From: a virus
Taxonomy: Duplodnaviria; Caudoviricetes
IMG/VR virus record: IMGVR_UViG_3300024344_003081
DNA length: 64,000 nt
Strand: one strand, 5' to 3'
Shown: in pieces, positions 19,084 through 26,925 of the stretch
Numbering within the stretch: position 1 is the stretch's first letter
Layout of the letters: each line of letters opens with the position of its first letter
Notes under the pieces: model-generated
What the model saw: the letters and a program-made list of their open reading frames with translations, nothing else
Database searches by the model: none
What the model was told of the DNA's origin: nothing
Program-made: the position numbers and the translations under genes

Positions 19084-19923
19084 ATGTTCAAATTTACAGC
19101 AAATAGGTTTGCAGTTATTATGATTTCTATTATTCATACGTTATTTCATATATTAACTGTATATGGATTAATAACTTTTTCTTTACATTGGTTATGGTTA
19201 TCTTTTATTGGTGTTATATTATTACGACATATCGGTACAGAAATAGGAAATCATCGATATTTTTGTCATAGGAGTTTTGAAGCAAAACCTTGGGCAGAAT
19301 GGCTTATGATGATTGGATATGCATTTTCGTATGGAGGAAGTAATATAGCATATGCTATAGGTCATAGATGGCATCATGCTACATCTGATACTGAAAAAGA
19401 TCCAATTTCTCCTCATAACATTAAGAATGTTAAAGATGTTTTTAGAATTATAACTCAAACTTTAGGAGAACTTCAACAGGAAGAACGTAAAGATTGGAAT
19501 ATTTTTAGAAAAAGTGAAAATAAATTTTGTAAAAAATTATTTAAAAATAAAGTAGCAAGATTCAATCATGAATATTATTGGTTAATAGCACTTTCTCCCA
19601 TTGTAATTTTATCAATAATCGATATTCGTTTGTTAATATTTTTTATAGCATTACCTTGTGTTATAACTTTTTGGTCTGGAATGTTAGCACATTTTTTAGG
19701 ACATGTAATGTTATTTGGTTGTTATAGAAATTATGAAACTACAGTTGATGATCTATCGGTAAATAATCCATGGTTAAATATAATAACAGGAGGATTAGGA
19801 ACATTACATAATAATCATCATGCACATCCTGAAAGATATAATTATAAAATGTCTAATAGATGGTATGAGACAGATTTTCCCAATGTGTTTTTAATAGAAA
19901 AGTTTTTAAAACATGATAGATAA
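19084..19923 (+). CDS. Membrane fatty-acid desaturase paralogue 5
   Basis: HRYFCH, HRWHH, HNNHH. Confidence 0.92.
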   Translation: MFKFTANRFAVIMISIIHTLFHILTVYGLITFSLHWLWLSFIGVILLRHIGTEIGNHRYFCHRSFEAKPWAEWLMMIGYAFSYGGSNIAYAIGHRWHHATSDTEKDPISPHNIKNVKDVFRIITQTLGELQQEERKDWNIFRKSENKFCKKLFKNKVARFNHEYYWLIALSPIVILSIIDIRLLIFFIALPCVITFWSGMLAHFLGHVMLFGCYRNYETTVDDLSVNNPWLNIITGGLGTLHNNHHAHPERYNYKMSNRWYETDFPNVFLIEKFLKHDR

Positions 19924-20707
19924 CCTTAATAAATTATTTGTTAAAGATTTTCAAATTAGTATATTACAATATGTGTGGATTTATACCTTTCCTATCATAT
20001 CTGTATTGGGAATAATATATTCGTCATGGCATTGGTTGTTTTTAACATTAGTGGGTATAATTTTGTTTAAAGATATTGGAGGCGAAATAGGAGTCCATAG
20101 ATACTGGACACATAATTCATTTAAAGCGAAACCTTGGGTACCAAAATTATTTTCAATTTGTACAATTTTATGCTATGCTGGTAGTCCTCTTACTTGGTCA
20201 TATGTTCATAGACATCATCATGAGCATTCTGATACTGAAAAGGATGTACACTCTCCCCACCACAGCAAATGGTATCATATCTGGAGAGGATATTGGGATT
20301 TTTCAAAAATAGAAAAGTTTGATCCTAGATTCGTAGCAGATTTGTTGAAAGATGAATCAATAAAATTTGCACATCGATATCATTTATTAATTCAAATATG
20401 CGTAATCATAATAACTGTGTCTATAGATTGGAGAATATTTGTATTTTTATTTGCTCTTCCTAGTGCAATAACATTTTGGTTTGGATCTATAGCTGTTAAT
20501 ATGATGAGTCATTTGTGGGGATATCGTAATTTTGAAACACCTGATAATTCAAAAAATAATATACTTGCTTGTATTCTTGTTTCTTCTGGAGGATTACAAA
20601 ACAATCATCATTATAATCCTTCTTCATATAATTTTAAAATGTCAGATAGATGGTATGAACAAGATATGAAAAATGTGTTTCTTATTGAAAGATTTTTTAA
20701 AGCATGA
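19913..20707 (+). CDS. Membrane fatty-acid desaturase paralogue 6
   Basis: HRYWTH, HRHHH, QNNHH. Confidence 0.9.
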   Translation: MIDNLNKLFVKDFQISILQYVWIYTFPIISVLGIIYSSWHWLFLTLVGIILFKDIGGEIGVHRYWTHNSFKAKPWVPKLFSICTILCYAGSPLTWSYVHRHHHEHSDTEKDVHSPHHSKWYHIWRGYWDFSKIEKFDPRFVADLLKDESIKFAHRYHLLIQICVIIITVSIDWRIFVFLFALPSAITFWFGSIAVNMMSHLWGYRNFETPDNSKNNILACILVSSGGLQNNHHYNPSSYNFKMSDRWYEQDMKNVFLIERFFKA

Positions 20708-21468
20708 TTAATTATTATATTAAATCTAAGCGAACTCCCTATTTTTTCTTAATTAATTTAATTGCTCATTTAGCAATTATACCCGCAATTCTTTATGGCG
20801 AATGGTGGATGTGGATATTAAGTTTGATATGGTGGCAGTGGATAGGATGTACAGCATATACTACTGGGTATCATAGGTATTATACTCATAAAAGTTTTAA
20901 AGCACCGCTTTGGTATGATTATTATTTTAATTTTTTTTCTTTATTTGGTAATCCAGGACCAGTTCTTATATGGAGCGGAACACATAAATTACACCACAAA
21001 TATAGTGATACGGAATTAGATCCACATAGTCCTAAACATAAAGGATTTTGGAATGTGTGGACAAGTTTTTGGGGAATGGGAGTGTTTACAATAGATCCTC
21101 CTACAAGAGAAGATTTAAAAGATTGGTTAGAAGAAACAAAAGATCCTATTGCTAAATGGTTTTATGATAATTATCTTTCTTTAACAGTTATTATTATGAT
21201 TGTATTGTTATTCATGGGTCCTTGGTTTTTTATATTTGGTTTTTGTATTCCTACATGTTTAATACTTCATGGTTCGGGTATTATTAATGCATTTACTCAT
21301 AAGAATGGAAAACCAGAGAATAAAAATTTAGTGGCATTGATAACCGCTGGAGAAGGATGGCATTTGAATCATCATGAAGATCCATCTAATTATACGACAA
21401 GAAAAGAGTCGTATAAATGGTGGCAAGTTGACTTAAATGGTATATGGATCAATTTAATTAAAATATAG
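20704..21468 (+). CDS. Membrane fatty-acid desaturase paralogue 7 (closest to canonical Delta9)
   Basis: GYHRYYTH, HKLHH, GEGWHLNHH. Confidence 0.93.
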   Translation: MINYYIKSKRTPYFFLINLIAHLAIIPAILYGEWWMWILSLIWWQWIGCTAYTTGYHRYYTHKSFKAPLWYDYYFNFFSLFGNPGPVLIWSGTHKLHHKYSDTELDPHSPKHKGFWNVWTSFWGMGVFTIDPPTREDLKDWLEETKDPIAKWFYDNYLSLTVIIMIVLLFMGPWFFIFGFCIPTCLILHGSGIINAFTHKNGKPENKNLVALITAGEGWHLNHHEDPSNYTTRKESYKWWQVDLNGIWINLIKI

Positions 21469-21486
21469 GCTCGATATATATTAACA

Positions 21487-21517
21487 CCAGAGAATGGAAA
21501 CGAAAGTTCCGCTTTGG
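21487..21517 (+). other. Stem-loop with GAAA tetraloop upstream of the tRNA-like element
   Basis: CCAGAG/CTTTGG outer helix enclosing GGAAAC-GAAA-GTTCC. Confidence 0.5.
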
Positions 21518-21519
21518 AC

Positions 21520-21592
21520 AGGGGTGTAGTTTAATTAAAACGGCCAACAGGGTGTTGGGAAGTTGTGAGTGTAAATCTCGCCACCCCGACCA
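21520..21592 (+). tRNA. Non-canonical tRNA-Pro(GGG)-like RNA with encoded CCA
   Basis: Cloverleaf: acceptor AGGGGTG/CACCCCG plus A-CCA, D stem GTTT/AAAC, anticodon arm CCAA-CAGGGTG-TTGG, T stem GTGAG/CTCGC; lacks D-loop GG, U33 and TTC. Confidence 0.6.
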
Positions 21593-21612
21593 AAATTAAA
21601 AAAAAGTATGTT

Positions 21613-22419
21613 ATGATTACAATTAATACATGGAAAAATAATTATATTATTGCACATGATCCTCATTCAAAAATTGAAATAGATTCTTTGAATAAATTAT
21701 TTGTTTCATTAGTAGATAAAATTGGGGGTAGTGATCAAGATTCTATTGAACGAGCAAAGAGAAAAGGTGAATATTTATTAATTGCTGGACATGCAAATAT
21801 AAAATATGAATTGTTAGCAAGAACTTTTCAAGATTTTCTTAAACAATTTGAAATTGGTTATGATTGGAGAGGTGAAAGTTCTGCTGATAATATATCATTA
21901 TTTAATGAATTAAATATTTTACCAACAGAAGATCCTTCTACAGGTGCTATAGGTGGAGGAGTGCCTGATGATAATCAGAATGAAATAGAATTAGGTATTC
22001 TTCCATTGGTTACTATTCTCAATACATTTGATGGAATTAGAACTTTTGGTTCATGTGAAGGACACTATGTTAAGTCTGATTTTCTCAATGCGTATATATC
22101 ATGGACTGCTTGCAATATAAATGGACTAAATTATTCTACATTTCTTTTAAAAAATGCAATTAATGGTGTTTGGGAAAAAAGAAAATTAAATGATGATGAG
22201 AATTTTAATATAAATCAAATAATTAATAGAATTACATTAAGTTTTAATACAGGATATTGGAAGCCTGCACGTTTAAGGACTGCTCCATTACCAGGTGAAA
22301 ATTTTTATCATTTTCGTTTTGATTATGAATTTAAATTTCGATCACTTGTTTTTAATATAATAAATGATATTGCTGAACATATTATAAATGAAAAATATGA
22401 ATTGTCAAAGGAGATATAA
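21613..22419 (+). CDS. Hypothetical protein with LV..LN...GIRTFGSCEGH motif (weakly TYW3-like)
   Basis: Track start (21565 GTG) lies inside the tRNA-like element, so ATG 21613 is preferred; family guess from a short motif only. Confidence 0.6.
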   Translation: MITINTWKNNYIIAHDPHSKIEIDSLNKLFVSLVDKIGGSDQDSIERAKRKGEYLLIAGHANIKYELLARTFQDFLKQFEIGYDWRGESSADNISLFNELNILPTEDPSTGAIGGGVPDDNQNEIELGILPLVTILNTFDGIRTFGSCEGHYVKSDFLNAYISWTACNINGLNYSTFLLKNAINGVWEKRKLNDDENFNINQIINRITLSFNTGYWKPARLRTAPLPGENFYHFRFDYEFKFRSLVFNIINDIAEHIINEKYELSKEI

Positions 22420-22682
22420 TGGCTAAAATTAGTGAAATATCTAATGAGTTGAAGAAAAAACTTGAAGACACAATGCAGGGTGGATATACAGGAGGCTGTC
22501 AAGAGTGGATTAATTTAATTGCAACTGCTGAACCGTCAGAAAATGAAAAAGAAGCAAATATGTTAAAAGCGTTAAATGATTTAACAACACAATTTACAGC
22601 AACGATGTCTGGAAATGCACCAGGTGATCTGACAATTTGGTATCAAGAATTAAACTTTGCTATGAATGAATATTTGACTTAA
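22419..22682 (+). CDS. Hypothetical protein (87 aa)
   Basis: SD GGAG; TAATG coupling. Confidence 0.7.
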   Translation: MAKISEISNELKKKLEDTMQGGYTGGCQEWINLIATAEPSENEKEANMLKALNDLTTQFTATMSGNAPGDLTIWYQELNFAMNEYLT

Positions 22683-22689
22683 TAATCTT

Positions 22690-23373
22690 ATGAAAATAGA
22701 ATTTTATGGTTCTAGTATAATAGGATCAAATACTTTTCAAATAGAAAAGCCTAAAGCATTCTATGATTTGATTCTTGATCATTTCAATGCTTCTTCATTA
22801 AATTATATGATAGCACAATGTTCAGAAGAAAGGATTCTTTACAATTTAAAAAAGACCAGTGAAATTGATATAGCAATAATCTTTCATTCAACTCCTCAAT
22901 TTATATATTTTCCAAATTTTACTAGAGATTTTATTTATATGAATGATGATAGAGTTGATGATTGGGATAATCGGCAACATTTTTTAGATTATGTTGATGC
23001 TTTTAAACAAAACAGAAAAGACATAGTTACAAATTTTAGTGTACCTACAGAACCTATTGATGCATCAATTATAAAAGATTTCATGAAATTACATTTTAAT
23101 AGAGATGTAAATAGAAATAGATTTCATGGAGCATTATCTTTAATTGATGAATATGTTTATTCAAAAAAAATACCAACAATACACGTTATAAATGATCATA
23201 TTCCTGGTTGGTTTACTTTTAAATCGGGCATTATAGATGAAGATATTTGTGAAATCGAAAAAGAATATAGTGTATCATTCAATAAATCTGTAAATGGAAT
23301 AAGTGAAGAGGGAAATAATCTTATTTTTAATAAATTAATTGGTTTGATCCAAAGTACAATACAAAGGACATAA
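22690..23373 (+). CDS. Hypothetical protein (227 aa)
   Basis: ORF; no confident motif. Confidence 0.65.
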   Translation: MKIEFYGSSIIGSNTFQIEKPKAFYDLILDHFNASSLNYMIAQCSEERILYNLKKTSEIDIAIIFHSTPQFIYFPNFTRDFIYMNDDRVDDWDNRQHFLDYVDAFKQNRKDIVTNFSVPTEPIDASIIKDFMKLHFNRDVNRNRFHGALSLIDEYVYSKKIPTIHVINDHIPGWFTFKSGIIDEDICEIEKEYSVSFNKSVNGISEEGNNLIFNKLIGLIQSTIQRT

Positions 23374-23377
23374 ACCA

Positions 23378-23385
23378 TATAAATA
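23378..23385 (+). promoter_or_regulatory. T4-type late promoter
   Basis: Exact TATAAATA in the intergenic region ahead of the head genes; gp55 is encoded in the window. Confidence 0.75.
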
Positions 23386-23417
23386 TAAATTAGATAACGA
23401 AATTTATTTAGAGGGTT

Positions 23418-23996
23418 ATGAAAAAATTTAAAGATTTATCAGCAACGGCTAAAAAAGAAGTAAAAGAGCATTTTAGTGGTGTTCCACATCAACATCCTCA
23501 TGGAAAAATGAATTATGATGATGTTGAGGGGAGAATGGCTAAACAAAGTTTATACAAACTACACAAATATAGTAGAGAACTTTTTGAAATGCTCGATGAT
23601 CATACAGAATTAGAAGCATGGGTTCAAGATAAAATTTCAAGAGCATGTTCTTATATAAGTTCTGTAAAGCATTTTCTTGAATATGAAATGGATCATGGTT
23701 CAGAAGATAATCCTTATGAGGAATTCGAATATGATGATGATCTGGATATGATTGAAGATGTTCATCATATTGATGATTTAATTCCATTACTCAAGCAAAT
23801 TTATAAAGTTCAAGAATCACATAAAATAAATTTGAAAGATGTTCAAGTAATTGTTGAACCTGATGATGCAGAGGTTTTATACGAAACTTATAAAAAATTA
23901 AATGACGAAAATAAGAAAGAATTTTCTAAAAAAATATTTGAAAGTAAAGAAGATTTTTGGAATATGGTTTCTTTTTCTAGAAGCAGAGGAGAATAA
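23418..23996 (+). CDS. Hypothetical head-module protein (192 aa)
   Basis: First ORF after the late promoter; EGRMAKQ...LEAWVQDKIS segment. Confidence 0.65.
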   Translation: MKKFKDLSATAKKEVKEHFSGVPHQHPHGKMNYDDVEGRMAKQSLYKLHKYSRELFEMLDDHTELEAWVQDKISRACSYISSVKHFLEYEMDHGSEDNPYEEFEYDDDLDMIEDVHHIDDLIPLLKQIYKVQESHKINLKDVQVIVEPDDAEVLYETYKKLNDENKKEFSKKIFESKEDFWNMVSFSRSRGE

Positions 23997-23999
23997 TTA

Positions 24000-24248
24000 A
24001 TGGCTTATAAACTACTTGGTGCCTTAGTAACCGATCCAGCAAATAATACTATTGGTTCAGCAACTACAGTTGCATGTAACATAGAAACTGCGGGAACCGT
24101 AGAAGTACAGGGACCTGCAATAAATGGTGGATCTTGGGAATCTAAAGGAACGATTAAACTTCCTGTAGGAATACATAAAATTCTTAAAAATTCTGATTGG
24201 AGTGTAACTTTTACGGGTCAGGCAACTTCAGTAGCACATTCGGACTAA
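24000..24248 (+). CDS. Hypothetical head-module protein (82 aa)
   Basis: SD GAGGAG; beta-rich small protein. Confidence 0.65.
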   Translation: MAYKLLGALVTDPANNTIGSATTVACNIETAGTVEVQGPAINGGSWESKGTIKLPVGIHKILKNSDWSVTFTGQATSVAHSD

Positions 24249-24256
24249 GGTCATGA

Positions 24257-24565
24257 ATGAAGAGAATACATAAAATAAGTCGTGTTCGAACTATTGGTGG
24301 TAGACGAAAAGCATTTAGAAATATTTTTAGAAAAAATAGAGGACTGATTGGTAAGGGATATAGAAAGGTTGCAGGTAAGAAAATTCTTAAAAAAATGACT
24401 GCAAAAGAAAGAAAGAAATTTAATCCTAAAACTAATCTGAAAATAAGACAGTCTTTAAGAAAAAGAAAAATAAAACAGAGATTAATAAACATAAAAAGAA
24501 AAAAAACATTAAGGTCTGGATTATTTAGAGGAATTTCAAAGCTAAATAAAAATATAAAAAGATGA
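24257..24565 (+). CDS. Highly basic protein (Lys/Arg-rich), possible prohead core or DNA-binding protein
   Basis: Composition; position upstream of gp21. Confidence 0.6.
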   Translation: MKRIHKISRVRTIGGRRKAFRNIFRKNRGLIGKGYRKVAGKKILKKMTAKERKKFNPKTNLKIRQSLRKRKIKQRLINIKRKKTLRSGLFRGISKLNKNIKR

Positions 24566-24963
24566 AAATATTCAGAGAATTTAAAGACGAAGCAGAATAT
24601 CAGCATGTTCCTCTAGAGGAAAGAAAGTTTACTCTTCAACAAAGATTGAAAGCGGGACAACGGGCTAGGAGAAGGTCTAAGTTGTTGAAGAGAGCAAAAC
24701 AAAGAGCATTGAGAAGAATTGCGAGTCCAGAAGTATTACAAAAGCGGGCTAGAAGAACGGCTAGAAATATAATGAAAAGCAGAATTGCTAGAGGACAAAG
24801 CCTTTCACAAATGTCTCCTGCTCAAAAAATAATGCTTGCGACAAGATTAGAGAAATTTTTACCAAGAATTAAAAAAATGGCTAAAAGATTAGTAAAAGTT
24901 AAAAGAAAAGAAGAATTAGCACGTAAAAGAAACAGAACAAAAACACCAGGTCAAAAAGGTTAA
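24562..24963 (+). CDS. Prohead core protein, gp68-like
   Basis: Arg/Lys-rich (QQRLKAGQRARRRSK...KRARRTARN); immediately upstream of gp21. Confidence 0.6.
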   Translation: MKIFREFKDEAEYQHVPLEERKFTLQQRLKAGQRARRRSKLLKRAKQRALRRIASPEVLQKRARRTARNIMKSRIARGQSLSQMSPAQKIMLATRLEKFLPRIKKMAKRLVKVKRKEELARKRNRTKTPGQKG

Positions 24964-24966
24964 GTT

Positions 24967-25614
24967 ATGCATTTAATTACAGAACTAAACGAAAATATAG
25001 AGTACGTTACAGAAGAAGGAAAAGACGGGAAAAAATCTCTATATATCCAAGGACCCTTTATGATGGCAGAAGTGAAAAATAAGAATGGAAGAATTTATCC
25101 TAAAGAAGTTCTTATGAAAGAAATAAAAAGATATAACGAAAGTTATGTCGGAAAAAATAGAGCATTCGGGGAACTGGGTCATCCAGACGGTCCTGGTATA
25201 AATTTAGAACGGGTATCACACATGATTACTGAATTAAAAGAAGATGGTAATAATGTTGTCGGTAAAGCGAAGATTATTGATACCCCATATGGCAAAATTG
25301 TGCAAAATCTTATCGAGAATGGCGCACAATTAGGCGTATCTTCTAGAGGAATGGGTTCTTTAGAAGAAAAAGGCGGAGTAAAATACGTAAAAGATGATTT
25401 TTATTTAGCAACTGCCGCAGACATAGTTGCTGATCCTTCTGCTCCTGAAGCCTTTGTTCAAGGTATCATGGAAGGAAAGGAATGGGTTTGGGAATCAGGT
25501 GTTCTTAGAGAAAAGGTGATTTCAGCTATTCACAAAGAAGTTACCAAAGCGCCGTCTAAAAAACTAGAAAATGTTAAGTTAAAAGCATTTAATAGCTTTC
25601 TTTCAAACCTATAA
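24967..25614 (+). CDS. gp21: Prohead core scaffold protease
   Basis: NKNGRIYP, GELGHPD, GVSSRGMGSL, DIVADPSAP motifs. Confidence 0.95.
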   Translation: MHLITELNENIEYVTEEGKDGKKSLYIQGPFMMAEVKNKNGRIYPKEVLMKEIKRYNESYVGKNRAFGELGHPDGPGINLERVSHMITELKEDGNNVVGKAKIIDTPYGKIVQNLIENGAQLGVSSRGMGSLEEKGGVKYVKDDFYLATAADIVADPSAPEAFVQGIMEGKEWVWESGVLREKVISAIHKEVTKAPSKKLENVKLKAFNSFLSNL

Positions 25615-25617
25615 TTG

Positions 25618-25625
25618 TATAAATA
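25618..25625 (+). promoter_or_regulatory. T4-type late promoter
   Basis: Exact TATAAATA between gp21 and gp22. Confidence 0.8.
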
Positions 25626-25673
25626 TAAACATGAGACAGAGACAATATTCTCACAAAATTAAGGAGTTATCAC

Positions 25674-26906
25674 ATGTCAGAAGAAAAAAATGAAGCTCTG
25701 GAGCAAGAAGCAACAAGTGAAGAAGTGACTGAGGAAACTCAAGAAGAGTCCACTCAAGAAGACGATGTTCAAGTCGATGAGGCTTCCCTTCCAGGTGCTG
25801 GAAAAAATAAAGAACCTATGCACCCCGCTCCTGAAAAAGCGGCCGATACGGGTGTGAATAATGAGGTTCCAGATGGACCCAAACCTGATTTCACAAAAGG
25901 GGTCCCATCTGCTAAGAAACGTCCTGCTGATAAAGGAAAAGTTTCTGAAAGTGCATCAAAGATGTCACTTATTAAATCGATTTACGATAAGTTGGACGAG
26001 ATGAGCAAAGACGAAGTTGCTGAAATTCTCGGCGCACTTAACGAAGTTGAAGATACCGAATTCGATGAAGAAGGTAACGAAATTGTTTCTGAAAATAAAA
26101 AAGAAACAAAAGAAGTAGTTGCTAAAGAAGAATTTGATTTGGAAAGTGATGTTCAAGCACTTATCGAAGGCGAAGAGCTTTCAGACGAATTCAAAGAGAA
26201 AGCGGCCACTATATTTGAAGCCGCAGTTTTTGCCAGAGTAAATGATGAAATTTCGACAAGAATAGACAAACTTGATGAACAATACAAAACAGAACTTCAA
26301 GAAGCCATTGAAAACAATCGTACTGTTATGATTGAAAAAGTAGATGATTTCATGAATTATGTTGTTAAAGAATGGATGCAAGAAAATGAACTTGCAGTTG
26401 ATAAAGGTATTCGTTCAGAAATTGTTGAAGATTTCATGGTCGGTCTTAAAAATCTATTTGTTGAACACTATGTCGATATTCCAGACGAAAAAGTTGATCT
26501 TGTAGATGACTTATTCGCCAAAGTTGAAGACTTAGAGGGTTCATTAAATTCTGAGATACAGAAAAACATTGATTCATCTAAAGAACTCCAAGAGTACAAA
26601 AAGATGGATGCTCTGTATACAGTTTCAGAGGGAATGACTGAAGTTGATCAAGAAAAAATGGTCAAATTGGCAGAAGGTATTGAGTATGAAGACGAAGAAT
26701 CCTATACTGAAAAACTTCAGATCATTAAAGACAAGTATTTTCGTACAGAAAACGCTGAAGACAAACAGGTTTTAACTGAAGGATCTACAGACACACAAGA
26801 TGATATGGAACCAAATGACGAAAATTCTTCAGATGATGCAATGGCACAAGCACCTGAACATATACAACATTATGCTAAAGCCATTTCTAGAACTATTACT
26901 AAATAA
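25674..26906 (+). CDS. gp22: Prohead core scaffold protein
   Basis: Acidic coiled coil; LSDEFKEKAATIFEAAV, YVVKEWMQENELAV motifs; lies between gp21 and gp23. Confidence 0.92.
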   Translation: MSEEKNEALEQEATSEEVTEETQEESTQEDDVQVDEASLPGAGKNKEPMHPAPEKAADTGVNNEVPDGPKPDFTKGVPSAKKRPADKGKVSESASKMSLIKSIYDKLDEMSKDEVAEILGALNEVEDTEFDEEGNEIVSENKKETKEVVAKEEFDLESDVQALIEGEELSDEFKEKAATIFEAAVFARVNDEISTRIDKLDEQYKTELQEAIENNRTVMIEKVDDFMNYVVKEWMQENELAVDKGIRSEIVEDFMVGLKNLFVEHYVDIPDEKVDLVDDLFAKVEDLEGSLNSEIQKNIDSSKELQEYKKMDALYTVSEGMTEVDQEKMVKLAEGIEYEDEESYTEKLQIIKDKYFRTENAEDKQVLTEGSTDTQDDMEPNDENSSDDAMAQAPEHIQHYAKAISRTITK

Positions 26907-26925
26907 CAATTAAGGAGATTTACAC

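Noticed and set aside
11674-21468. Interpretation as host chromosomal DNA or a prophage boundary
   Set aside because: No integrase or att site seen; composition, strand, gene coupling and the GCS-GCN Ala-Ala pattern are continuous with the T4-like core. An assembly chimera still needs a read-level check
21565-21612. N-terminal extension of the 21613 ORF from GTG 21565
   Set aside because: Overlaps the T arm and CCA end of the tRNA-like element; no RBS
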